From Octopus sinensis (taxonomy: Eukaryota), in contig NW_021833055.1 in the NCBI RefSeq assembly GCF_006345805.1, positions 21,771 to 85,770 of the forward strand: a stretch of 64,000 nt of DNA, given 5' to 3'. Made by a program: the position numbers and the translations under genes. Positions 27,611 through 40,566 of the stretch are shown here, piece by piece. Numbering within the stretch: the stretch's first letter is position 1; every line of letters starts with the position of its first letter. The notes beneath the pieces are model-generated. The model was not told the DNA's origin, did no database searches, and saw nothing but the letters and a program-made list of their open reading frames with translations.

Positions 27611-28004
27611 TATTTTACTTGTTTCAGTCATTTGACTGCGGCCATGCTGGAGCACCGCCTTTAGTCAAGCAAATCGACCCCGGGACTTATTCTTTGTAAG
27701 CCCAGTACTTATTCTATCGGTGCCTTTTGCCGAACCGATAAGAGACGGGAATGTAAACACACCAGCATCGGTTGTCAAGCACTGCTAGGGGGACAAACAC
27801 AGACAGACAAACATATACACACACACTTATATATATATATACGACAGGCTTCTTTCAGTTTCCGTCTAACAAATCCACTCACAAGGCATTGGTCGGCCCG
27901 GGGCTATAGCAGAAGACACTTGCCCAAGGTGCCACGCAGATGGACTGAACCAGGAACCATGTGGTTGGTTAGCACGCTACTTACCACACAGCCACTCCTG
28001 CGCC
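27611..28004 (-). mobile_element. Full-length CORE-like SINE, preceded by a plus-strand partial copy (~27480-27610)
   Basis: Reverse complement of the 48958-49355 element. A 17-bp head segment (ACACAGCCACTCCTGCG) is duplicated. Confidence 0.9.
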
Positions 28005-28590
28005 ACACAGCCACTCCTGCGGACGTTGTTTCACAAGCGGTTGTGCAAGCAAATGCGTTAGTAAACGTGGAATAACATGAAATTTTTTTGAGTTTGCTCA
28101 ATTGAAAGGCGTGGCCTGTAGGGCAAAGTCCTCATCTTTAAAATGTAACCCGAGACGATCCGAATGAAATCGAGTTATACTAGTATATATATATATATAT
28201 AAATATATATGGTTTTGCATCTTATTTGTCTTTCTCTTTGATTGACAACAAGTGAATATGTGTTTTCGTCACTATTACTTAGCAGTCTGCACGCTCTGAG
28301 TTCATTTGCTGCAGGGGTGGACTTTGCCTTTCATTCTTTCGGGGTGAATGAAATAAGTACCAGTTACACACCGGGGTTGTGAATTCGACTAGCCTCCGCT
28401 CCCATAATTCAGACCTTGTGCCTATAATATAAACGGGTAGTAGTAGTAGTAATAGTAGTAGTAGTGGGAGGAGGAGGAGGAGGGGGATGGCATGCGTGTC
28501 GCTGCTGTTGTCGTTGATATTGTTATCCCGTTTTTTTTATAGTAGTCCAGAAGCACTTTATAATAATATTTTAAATAATAATAAAAATAT

Positions 28591-29050
28591 AGTGGCTGTG
28601 TGGTAAGTAGATTGCTTACCAACCAAATGCTTCTTTGTTCAGTTCCACTGATTGGGTAGGTGTCCTCTATTATAGCCTCGGACAGACCCAAGCATCGTGA
28701 GTGGATATTGTACACGGAAGCTAAAAGAAGCCCGTCGTATATGTATTTATGTATGTATGTATGTATGTATGAGTGTATGTATGTATGTATGTATGTATGT
28801 ATGTATGTACGTATGCATATATGTATTTATGTATGTATGTGTGTATATGTTGTGTTTGTGTATATTTGTAGCCCCAACATCGCTTGACAACCGACGCTGT
28901 TGTGTTTACGACGCGTAACTTCGCGGTTCGGCAAAAGATCCGACAGAATAAGTACTAGCCTTACAAAGAATTAGTCCTGCGGTCTATTTGGTCGACTAAA
29001 AGTGGTGCTCCAGTATGGCTGCAGTCAAATGACTGAAACAAGTAACAGAA
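28591..29050 (+). mobile_element. CORE-like SINE with expanded (TATG)n core
   Basis: AGTGGCTGTGTGGTAAG head through GCAGTCAAATGACTGAAACAAG tail. Confidence 0.85.
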
Positions 29051-30166
29051 CGAACGAGCGAAAGAATATACTGGAAGAGAAACACTAAAATCCGAATACA
29101 ATTGTCTATCGCCCATACTCTGCTACCAGATAACATTTCCAAACTCACCTTGGGCACAGTACCACCCAATTTGTAAACAGCTGCTCTATAGTATATCTCA
29201 TATTTAATGAATCACTGTTCTTACAGCAAATGATTTATATCACGGCTACCCTTCAGGCGGGAATTTTTATTACATTTACGTCTAGGTACTTCAAGCTGGT
29301 TTCACATACGTCTGTGCACGTTCTGAATATTTTATCAACGTACAATTTATTTTTGATTTTGCTCTTCAACTGTCAAGTTCTCTATTCTTCTTCTTCCTCC
29401 CGGCTTGTTCATGATTTCACTCATTTTCTGCGGTGAATTCGTTTAAATTGTCAAGCATTGTCTCTTCTTTTCGCCAAATTCAGCTTATTTCATTCTGATA
29501 AGCTGCTTCGTCGTATTCACCTTTCACTCATTTAAGTCTTGTACTTGAAGATAACGGTTAGACATATTTTCTGTCCTACTATCTGTTTATTCTATTCTAT
29601 ACGAAACTTTCTGTCCCTCTTTGGCCACATATATTGAAATTGTCGTTTCTAACATCATATTATTTCACCCCTACTCCTCCTTCTTCTCCTTATCTTCCTT
29701 CTCCTCCTACTCCGCCCTATCTTCCTCATTATCATTCCCATCATGATCATGGTGATCATCATCATCGTTATCATTTTCAGAGCCGTAAAAATCTATTGGA
29801 TATACTGAGCAATTGTTGAGGAAAATGTATCCGAATGAAAGTCGGATAAGGGAATAGGATGTGGCCGGCATATGATCTTTATTTACATATTGAAAACGTT
29901 TCCTACAAACAAATTTAGAATATATACAAATATATTTACGGAGCAAATAATTCACGAGAAAATAATTTGTGAACATATCATTGACTCAATTATTAGCTAC
30001 TATAACAATTTAAAAGTGATAATAACAGAATCAATAGCATATGAAATTGCAGGTCCTAAAAAAGCATTAAATAGCTGAAAGACCAAAATTAATCAAAGGA
30101 CATATTAAGTATATGTACCTGCTGGAAATAACAGTCAAAACCCTTAAATATAATACTTGTATATAT

Positions 30167-30227
<61 letters not shown>

Positions 30228-30365
30228 CATATATCCATGTGTGTATTCGCGTGTGTATCATTTTACATGTATTTGTTCCTCTTCCACCTCTTTAAAACCG
30301 GTGCTGGTTTGTTTTCTTTTCTATAACCTGGTGGTTTGGCAACATGTTCCGATAGAATATAAACC

Positions 30366-30655
30366 GGATCTGTTTTTTTTTTCTTCAATTTCTGCTATTT
30401 CAACCAATCAAATGCGTCTATTGAGGTAAAAAAAAACAACATTATGTGCCGTATGAACATATCCCTTGTTTAAGTAACAGATTGGGTTTATTTACATTTG
30501 TGAAGAAAAAAAGATACGCTTCCCCCCACCACTAACCCTAACCCTAACCCTAAAAACAGATTGAAATGCAATAGATCGATATTAGGGTCATAATTATGGG
30601 TGACAATTTCATATGACACCGCTAGAAAAAATTGCCGTTCAAACCGAAAAGATCC
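30366..30655. mobile_element. Second, left-deleted copy of the GGATC-terminated element
   Basis: Colinear with ~12560-12826; contains CTAACCCTAACCCTAACCCTAA at ~30531-30552. Confidence 0.7.
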
Positions 30656-31454
30656 TATATACCTGACTGATGAAAATAATGGTGTCGATTTGTTTGACTA
30701 AACCGTTCAAAATGTACTCCCTCCCTGTATGGTCGCACTGCAATGACTTGAACTAGCAAAAAATACAAAAGATAAATAAAGTACTGTTAGTCAACACAAA
30801 ATGAAATGTGTTCGTGTCTGTATGTGTGTGTGTGTGCGTTTGTGTGTAGGGGGTGGTGTTATTTATTTCCAAACTCGGGATTTAATGTCTGAAAGGGAAA
30901 ACACACCAGATTCGTATTCGAAACGGGAACATAAATACGAAATATGGATAGATTAGAGAAAGCAAATCGTTATTTCTGCTTGTCTATTCTATTCTTCATA
31001 TCTACCTCACTAATTTAATGGAACAGGAGAATGAAATCGAATTTTAACATATCGTTGCATTGAATACATATATCGACAAGTGGTTTACTGATAAACAAAT
31101 ACTACATATGGCATATCAGTTATTTTACTGTACACATCAGTGGTTTTAATTGAGCGATAAGCACTGCGTATTTAACATATCATTGTTACAGTCGTTCGCC
31201 GTCGTCATTATAGTGGTGGAAACTGCTGCAGTCGTGTAATAATGCCCACTTATTGGTGGATGACTATGTTTACTGAATTTCAATTGTATGGCTTTTATTT
31301 TCTTCAGATGCAACGCTCGTTTTATCAAATGGAGAAGTAACTTCACGTCGTTTCATAACGACAGCGTTGCTGGTTCTATTTCAGCGTGCGTTATTTATTG
31401 CTGTGAAAATAATTTGGCAATAGGGTTTCGAATGCGGTTACTGTGAAAAAGATA

Positions 31455-31840
31455 TGGATGGAAGCACTCTGTTGGTTACGACGACGAGGGTTCCGGTTGA
31501 TCCGAATCGACGGAACAGCCTGCTCGTGAAATTAACGTGTAAGTGGCTGAGCACTCCACAGACACGTGTACCCTTAACGTAGTTCTCGGGTATATTCAGC
31601 GTGACACAGAGAGTGACAAGGCCGGCCCTTTGAAATACAGGTACAACAGAAACAGGAAGAAAGAGTGAGAGAAAGTTGTGGTGAAAGAGTACAGCAGGGA
31701 TTACCACCATCCCCTGCCGGAGCCTCGTGGAGCTTTAGGTGTTTTTCGCTCAATAAACACTCACAACGCCCGGTCTGGGAATCGAAACCACGATCCTATG
31801 ACCTCGAGTCCGCTGCCCTAACCACTGGGCCATTGCGCCT
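31455..31840 (-). mobile_element. tRNA(Arg)-like-headed SINE (third family)
   Basis: Minus strand reads GGCGCAATGGCCCAGTGGTTAGGGCAGCGGACTCGAGGTCATAGGATCGTGGTTTCGATTCCCAGACCGGGCG (A and B boxes), then the family body. Confidence 0.85.
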
Positions 31841-33078
31841 CCACGCCGAAAAAAAAAAAAAAAAAAAAGATATACACATGCACAGGTAACATTAGTGATT
31901 GAGTTGCAGGTTGAGTTTCAATTGTATGGCTTTTATTTTCTTCAATTTTATCAAATGAAGAAGTAACTTCACGTCGTTTCATAACCGCAACGTTGCTGGT
32001 TCTATTTCAGCGTGCGGTGTTTAACATAGTTATTTATTGCTGATCTGGATTCTCACATCTACCCTACAAAGTTACTTTAACAATAAGCAATCACATCATC
32101 ATATCTGGAAGCTACAACAAAACGTATGCTAATGCAAATCGATGTGAATGAATAAGCATCACATGCGGCAGAATTATCGGAATGCATAAACAGACTTCAT
32201 GGAATGGCTGCGTTTTATCTCTCTTCTTCTAGTTCTAACAGGTCGAAAGCCCGCGTTTAGGCTACAGCATTTGACTTCACGCTATTTGTTTTCAGAACTG
32301 TTATGTATATTCCAAGCCGATAGATTTTAGTAAATTGAAATTGCGCCTGACAATGGATGTATAATACAGCACGGGTTGATAGGGGAGGGTTAAATATCCT
32401 ACACATAAATACGGTGAAGAGAACAGACGTAATGGGCTTTTTCATACTTTAGATTGGCAACTTAATGATTCGACTGTATTCAGCTCTGCTTCTAGTCATA
32501 AATTGATTTTTAACGAACTATTAATTCTTCCGTTGCTCACATTTCTATTCAGTACGGTAGGCTATTAACTTTGTTTTGTTTTTTTTTTTTTCGTCTCCAT
32601 GATTTATCTCTTTCATCCGACATCGCATGTTTTATTTTCGAAATTTCAGTTTGTTAAGATTTGAGATAGGGGAGAGAAATGAGAAACGTACGGACATAAA
32701 TAACACGCAAAGATGTGGACAGGCACACCTACCCACACCCAGACACGCACACACACATACACACGCGCGCACTCACACAGACACATACACACACACGCAC
32801 ATATATATATATATATATATATATAGTTACTTACACGCATAACCTTTAATATGCACACAGACACACACATGAACGGTCGCAAGCACGAGCACGCATACAC
32901 ATACTCACATACACACATATACACTCACACATAGGCATATGTATATTTATATATACACGTCAGGTGAGAGAGATTCATATTAAATTTTATGCTAATTTCA
33001 TCTTAATTTAATTTGCAATCCGTTGTTAAAATTATCTTTGCAAATTTCTTAATTTTAGGCACGCGTATGTGTGTATAT

Positions 33079-33125
<47 letters not shown>

Positions 33126-33174
33126 GTGTGTATCTATGTGTGTGTCTGTGTGTGTGTGCATGTGTGTATACATA

Positions 33175-33204
33175 CATATTATTATTATTATTATTATTAT
33201 TATA

Positions 33205-33243
<39 letters not shown>

Positions 33244-33476
33244 GTTATTATTATTATTATTATATTATTATTGTTATTATTATTATTATTATGATTATTA
33301 GTATATTATTATTATATTATTATTATTATTATTATATTCATCATCATCATCATCATTATTATTATTTAATTTTTGAAATATGCTAGCTTGCAACAAGATA
33401 GATGAATGTGTACTTGTACATATATTTCCAAGTTTTAAGTGTTCGAAATAAGCCATGATTTTATGCAAAACGACAC

Positions 33477-33536
<60 letters not shown>
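33175..33536. repeat. (TAT)n and (TAA)n microsatellites
   Basis: Direct reading. Other trinucleotide runs: (TAG)n 8770-8905 and (CTA)n/(TTA)n 55800-55930. Confidence 0.95.
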
Positions 33537-33538
<2 letters not shown>

Positions 33539-33589
33539 TAAGTAATGATATTGGACTGCTGTTTCTTGTACATATGGTCGCAGTAGTAA

Positions 33590-33975
33590 TTACGAAGAGT
33601 GGCTGGAAGGTAAACTTCAACGGCATAAAATTACCTCAAGACAACATCATTAGATCGTTCTTGAATAATGAGGGTTAGAAGTATGTATGAGTTTTGCAAG
33701 ATGGTAGGATAATGGGACAGTAAATGACAGGGAAATCACTAAAGTGTACAAAAGAAGAATTAGGAAGGTGCTCGAAACAAAATTATATGTAGGGAACATC
33801 ATCAAAATCGCAAATACATAATTTATACATGTACGAAGAGATTGTTCTTCCATTTATGGAATGGGCGAAGGCTGAGTTACAGATCTTGGCTAGAAAAATT
33901 AATATGCTATTCACAGTTCCCAACGCGGGCCACAGTAAAAGCGATCCCGACTTACATTACCTACCAAGAAAGGTT
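33590..33975 (+). pseudogene. Dong/R4-like LINE fragment (post-RT domain), decayed
   Basis: Translates as YKRRIRKVLETKLYVGNIIKIANT* and MEWAKAELQILARKINMLF..HSKSDPDLHYLPRK, matching RRVRKxLxSKLNxGNxIKAINT..W..EL..LDRK..HPKSDVDRLYLPRK. Confidence 0.8.
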
Positions 33976-35737
33976 TTATATCCTGGTGTTGGATATATAA
34001 TTTAACGGAGCAGGAGGAAGAAGATATTCCCACGACGCACTACGATTACTGTTACACAGGGTTAAACGCCCGTCTGCCGACGGCGCACAGTGAGCTGCAT
34101 CTCATCAAATGCTCACCGTTCTATATTGTCTTGCAATGTTTCAGTCCCCTTTCTGTAACTTTTCGGGATCCTTCCACGACAAAAATAAAGAGGTACGGTA
34201 TTACTAAAAGCGGAAGACACAGCTAATAATAATAATAATATGTTGCTCAAAGTAAAGAAATAATATTTTCCGCAGCCAGGGATACCCAAAATTGACTAAA
34301 ACGGTAGTAGAGTTCAAATAGAAAATGGAGATGAACAACAAAAGAAACGGAAAGGAATTGAATTACATGACCATTTCTTGTCCAGAACTGAGAATTTTAG
34401 AAATTATAACCGCCGGCTATGGTTCACAGACGAGTAATTCAACGAGGAACAGATACCCTGATTATATATTTCTTTACTACCCACAAGAGGACAAAAACAA
34501 GGACAGACAAACGGATTAAGTCGATTATATCGACCCCAGTGCGTACTGGTACTTTATTTATCGACCCCGAAAGGATGAAAGGCAAAGTCAACCTCATCAT
34601 CATCGTCATCATCACCATCATCATCATCATCATCATCATCATTATAAATCATCATCATTATCATCATCATAAATCGTCATCATAATCATCGTCGCCGTGA
34701 CCATCATCATCATCATCATTATCATCATCGTCATCTTCGTCGTTTTCGTCGCCGCCGTCTTCGTCGATATCGCCCTGTCGTCACAGCAGTAGCACCTGTA
34801 ATCGTCATCACCGTCACCATCATGAACAGTTTCCAAACAGTTCATCACCATCATCCTCTTCATCATCATCCTCATCATCCTCATCATCATCGTCGTCGCC
34901 GATGCCATCATCATCATCATCAACATCATCATCAGCATCACCTTCACAATCAACGTTATCATCCCTAATACCTCCCCTCTTCTCTAGCATATCATGATAA
35001 TCTTACGTATTACAAGCATCCACCTCCGCATCACAAGCATCTCCCGCCTTCATTCTCATTTTCCTCATCAGCATTATACCCTCCTTCCCTTCCTACTCCT
35101 CCTCATCATCATAATCAGCAATGCTATTTTGGGCACCGCACCTCCACCCACAACACCACCACCGCATCCGCCCTCAACCTCACCGACGTCTTCGACATCG
35201 CTGTTTACATATTAGCATTGATGCCATTGTTATCTCACTTTTGCTGTTACCGATACGAAATTTCGGATGCTCCAAATTCATGGCAACAAAGATTTCATCA
35301 AAACTGGAAAATCTAAATAAAAATAAAACAAAAAAAAAACATCAACATTTTTTAAACAACATTATAAGGATTCCGAACAAGCCAATCAGTGTTAATATTT
35401 ACTCAATTTTGTATTTAAGTTGAATTTTGTTTTCATTTTCGAATTTTCACTGCAGTATTTCTCGATTTGAAACGGTTCAGGTTGGAATGACACCAATTTA
35501 GAGTTAGTTAATTCTTAGACAATGGAAATGGGAATGTTTTTCATTATCTTCTTTATAGATCTGTTGCAGCATTTTCGACGTGATTTTTATTCAATGAAAT
35601 GCGTATTATATGTTTAGATATATATATACATACACACACACACAGATATAAATTTGTCTGTGTGTGTGTATATATATATAAATATATATATGTATATATT
35701 TATATATGTATATATATATAGATATATATATGTGTGT

Positions 35738-35780
<43 letters not shown>

Positions 35781-35957
35781 CATATAATGTATGTATGTAT
35801 ATAATCATCTGTGTTTGTGTTTCTGTGGGTGTGTGGGTGGATGTAATTTCATATTCTTACATAAATTTGCGAACACACGAATACTGACACACACACACTA
35901 ACAGTGCACATACAAACGCACACTCGCATACATACAAACATACATACACATATATAA

Positions 35958-36012
<55 letters not shown>

Positions 36013-36070
36013 TATATATGTATAAATACACACATATATATATATATGTAAGTATCTATCTATGCATCTT

Positions 36071-36115
<45 letters not shown>

Positions 36116-36179
36116 ATATATATATATATATTTAAATTATACAAATTAAGTTTTGGGTGCGTAGACACTTATAGGTACG

Positions 36180-36216
<37 letters not shown>

Positions 36217-37159
36217 TTGTTCGCGTGTGTATGTGTGTACCGGCGTGCAAGTGTTCATGTAAGTATGGCTGCACGAACGAACGTTCTGACTCATATCGAT
36301 ATTCAACATGTAATTTCTCTGCTTTTTGATATTACATTTTATTTTCAGAAGAGTTGCATGAGAGAAACCAAGAACACCGAAAAGAAAATTAAAAGGAACG
36401 AAACTCAATTACTCAGTATTTTCTTTAGAAAAATAATTAGTGAAATAATATAACAAGAGTACAATATCTGATAAGAAGTAAACGAGTTACGAACATATTT
36501 CTTTTACTTCATTTCCTCGCGTTATCTTTGTTTTAAATTTATTTTCATTCTCGTTTTGCTGTCTTATTCGATAATATAAATTTCAGATAATATGCTATAT
36601 TTCCTCTTTCATATTTAATTTTAGTGATAAACATAGTGAAAATGAAATAAATGCTCAAATAAGCATTCACCTATGACTTAATTCCCAAGCAGTATATGTA
36701 TATGGTTATATGAAGTGTGTAAGTATATTCCGTCAGGTTGAGAAAAAAGTAAGTAGCGTTTTGAAACATGAAGAATTCGTACCGGAATTTTAAAGAGGTG
36801 ATTTTTCAAAAACATTTCATTTGCATTTATCATATAATACAACCGTAGACTTGCCCAAAGACATCAATAAATTAACATTGATATTCTTTTTTCAATGTTG
36901 TTATATTCATCTGGAACAACTTGTTCGCGAATGTTGTTTGTGCGTCGTTAGGGAGGTTAGTGAAGGATTGTTGAATTGGAATTATATTTATTATTAATGG
37001 TTGGCTTGAGACACTTGCTTTGTAGTTTTGTTAACGCTGTCCCCATTGTTTGAAGTGTGAATCGCTTTACTTGTGTCTCCGTGATATATGAAGATTCGAA
37101 TTCTTCAGACGTCGTTACGTCTGAAGATGAATTACTGAGAAGTTTATACACTGCAGACC

Positions 37160-37855
37160 AGAAATGGAAAAAATGAAGGTGGAAAAAAATGAATTTTGCA
37201 GCTGCGGATTGTGAAATAAGAGAAGAGAATTATTTTAAGAAAGTGGAGTTGAACAAGTATAGGGAAATCCTACGAAGGTCGGGGCACGAATTAAAAGTAA
37301 CCCCTCCTACTGAAGTTAGAAAGGACACGCAAAAAATGACATTAATATGTAGAGGTTATAGTCTGGATGTAAAGAGAATGGAGTTATTGACAAAACTACA
37401 AGCTGAGAAGGCATGGATACCCATCTGGCAGGATGTCACCTACCTTGCGAGAGGGAGGAATTACGCAACTGTGGAGGTGCGATTTGCATCTGAGGAAGAG
37501 GCGAGTGAAAACATTCAGTAGCCTCCCTGAAAACGGACGAGGTAATACTTCTCCCTACTTACCTTGGAAGGGGTGCTTCCAGGGTGAAGGTGGAAGAGAA
37601 TCCCCCGGGAGTAGATGTCGGCTGGCAGCAAGACTGCTGGATGTAGAAGAGAAGATAGGGTCCTCCGAGTAACGAGAACGCCACTAAAGTATTGACAAGG
37701 GCAGACCCTGGAGATAATCATCCAGGCTGCCTTAGAGGGCCTTGAAAAACGGTGGATGAGGAGGTGGTATTAAGAGTTGGAGAGGAGAGCAGGAAACCCC
37801 GATGTTATAAATGTGGCCGAAAAGGCCACATAAGAGCAGTGCGTTCTCCACCGAC
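37160..37855 (+). pseudogene. LINE ORF1 (gag-like, L1/Tx1-type) remnant with RRM-like segment and CCHC zinc knuckle
   Basis: The ORF at 37189-37521 contains YATVEVRFASEEEA. It continues after a stop/frameshift as ILLPTYLGRGASRVKVEENPPGVDVGW and then KPRCYKCGRKGHIRA (CX2CX4H of a zinc knuckle; last Cys lost). Confidence 0.75.
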
Positions 37856-37894
37856 CACAAAAACACCAGCAGTACTTCAGGCCCCGCAGGAAAA

Positions 37895-38415
37895 TAATAA
37901 ATGACGTTCTTCGCAGTGGTTAGATGAAAAGGAAGCACCAAAAACGTTCCCTAAATCCAAGCTCTTAAAAAGATGGTTATGGGAACTCTTTGGTGTTGTA
38001 CCGCTGGACATATCTACTATAAATTCTTTAAACCTAGAAAAGCCATTTTTGCAGAAACATATTGCCATGAAATTGCCAAAATGAACGCAAAACCGCTACT
38101 TCTCCGTCCCAGATTGGTCAACAGTAGAGGCTCCATCATTCTTCATGACAATACACGACCACACCTTTCAATAATGACGCTCCAGAAGTTGAGGGAACTT
38201 GGCTATGAGCTCTTCCTCATCCAGCTTATTTTCCAGACCCTTCTCCTACCAACTACCACTCTTGCAAGCACCTTGATAGTTCCCTGCAAGAGAAAGAGTT
38301 CAGAAATTAAATAGATGCTAGAAGTGCGTTCAAAGTGTTCATCAGCGCCAGAACTACCAGAACAAATAAACTTGTAACTCGCTGGCAAATATGTGTTGAT
38401 TGAAATGATACTTAT
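37895..38415 (+). pseudogene. mariner (DD34D) transposase C-terminal half, decayed
   Basis: SQWLDEKEAPKTFPKSKL, then MVMGTLWCCTAGHIYYKFFKP..RPRLVNSRGSIILHDNTRPHLSIMTLQKLRELGYE. This is the classic mariner catalytic region (WW..G.I.Y..L..PILLHDNARPH). Confidence 0.9.
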
Positions 38416-38472
38416 TTGTGGAATAAAATCTCTGCATTGTTGAAATATATTGTGATGAATTTATCCATATAT

Positions 38473-38555
<83 letters not shown>

Positions 38556-38849
38556 CTCCAAAACGGTTAGTCCTAGAGGTGAACGGATTTTAATTTCGAA
38601 ATTTACATCCCAAAAAGGTTTTTGATAATTATTAATCAAAAATAGAATTTGTTTGCTCTGGTTTTTACACTATTCGCCTTTATATATCACTTCCCCAGTA
38701 GTTATATGTATAGATTGTTAATAAAATGTTATTTCGCACTCTTAATTATATGGCCTATATATTTAAACAACTGATGATTCACACTTGTCCTAGATGGACT
38801 TGCATAAATGAATCTAAATTTTCTTGTGAGCCGGCATGTGATATATACT

Positions 38850-39160
38850 CCGTTGTTTATGAAGCTTAGGTATCAGCAAACAATTGCAAAGGCCGACAGA
38901 GGCCAAGTGTTGCATTTGAACAGTGGAAGGAAAATTTGAATATATATAAAACTACCAACTTTCAATCTTTAGAACTCCCAACAAGAGACATGCAACAACT
39001 ATCTCGGAATTAATCTGAAAACCGAAGAACGATATGATCACCACCAAAATTCGACTAGAAGACCAACATCAAGTGCTCAATTTGTAGTGAAATTAATGAA
39101 TTTCAGGGAAAATGGCCACGACTAATCAACAAATATTTGATTGTTGTAACTCGCTCCATA
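38850..39160 (+). pseudogene. Penelope-like element GIY-YIG endonuclease C-terminal remnant
   Basis: VYEA*VS, FRTPNKRHATTISELI*K and KCSICSE..RLINK match the PLE C-terminal pattern SF..xK.xTxLSxxIWxLK..KCxLCxxEK..LNK. Confidence 0.65.
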
Positions 39161-39322
39161 CGCTTCAATCAGGTACCTTTCAAAAGGGGTTCGTGAATGG
39201 CGAAAATAACGCGATTTTTCAGAAGCATCGGTAGCGGCAAACATTAAATACACAACTATGACTTCACTCAATAAAAAAATTACTATTGCGAACACCTAAT
39301 GAAATGTGCGTGTGTGTATGTT

Positions 39323-39362
<40 letters not shown>

Positions 39363-40338
39363 TGTGTGTGTGTATGTGTATGTTTGTGTGTGTGCGCGTG
39401 TGTCTGCCGGTGTGAGGCCAATCATCCCTAATACTTAGGGATGATTTAGAAATCTACACAAAAATGTTTAGTTGACCCTGTGAGACAACAGCATTATATA
39501 TTTGCCCAGGGTGCCAGACAGGAGGTCGAAACCCAGAACCATGTGTTTTGGAAGCAAGCTATTTGCGTTTACCCACGCACACGCATACACACTCCTACAC
39601 GCACAATACAGAAACATATATACATATAGAGACACACATACACATGCACACACATACATAAATTCACACACGCATACACAAACACGCACACATATTTTAA
39701 AATTAAGTATGAGCTAAATTAGATCTATGGAGGTTTAAAATTAATTATTAATGAATTAATCAAATGTGAATGGTATGATACAATTCGAGGTAAACATGTA
39801 TTTTGTATAACGTTTTTACTTTTTAAAAACCCAAATCATTATATATTGATAAACATGATGAACTTTAAAAATATTGTCAATTCTTATTTTTTTGAAAAAG
39901 AAAGCAAACTCGATTAGTCATATTATGGAGGGAAGATAAAACTAATATCCTGATTTAGTAGTAGCCTCTAAACTTAATTTAGGAAAGTTTATCATTTCAG
40001 ACAGAAATGTTCTGCATGGTTTTTAGCACTTACTTAAAAGTACAAATTTGTTGTTTTAGTAATGCAAACTTGATAATCTACATCATTTCCATAATTTGCT
40101 ATCACCTTCCTCGACCTATTTTGTAAATTTTGAAATTGTAATTGAAATCTTTTGAGGATATTTGAATTATAAAAAAAAACACACATTTAATTTCTTATAC
40201 GTACTTCTGCGCTGGCGACACTTTTAACTTCAAAGAAATAAATAAATAACTGATGCAATGTTGTTTGTAGAAAATAGAGGATGCAGCATTGTGTGTAATT
40301 GTGTGTAAAGCTGTCGAGCAATTTCTCCGTGAATTTCA

Positions 40339-40566
40339 TGTTGTGTGGACACCCCCAGACGATGAGGTAGGCTAGGCGATGAAATAGCATAGCCGAATAC
40401 GTAGATATAGAGGGAGAAGTCTAGACGTCAGAGTAGACGAAGTGAGCAGAGTAGCGGTAAGAGTGGAGTAGTAGAGGTTAGTAGAAGTCATCCGAACGTG
40501 CGACATAACATTGGCGACGAGGATTTCGTAGCTCACATAGCCAATGTGTAGTATTGCGATATAACA
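40339..40566 (+). mobile_element. Internally deleted Ty3/gypsy-like LTR element: 172-bp LTR, tRNA-Ser PBS and remnant of the 3' LTR end
   Basis: LTR TGTTGTGT(40339)..ACATAACA(40510) with 7/8 inverted termini. PBS TGGCGACGAGGAT at 40512-40524. TGCGATATAACA at 40555-40566 repeats the LTR end (11/12). Flanks ATTTCA / ATTTGA. Confidence 0.7.

Noticed and set aside
34060-34225. Minus-strand segment faintly like a REL-endonuclease C-terminus next to (TAA)n
   Set aside because: Key motifs (IGALG, GTAHIL) are not preserved; too decayed to call.
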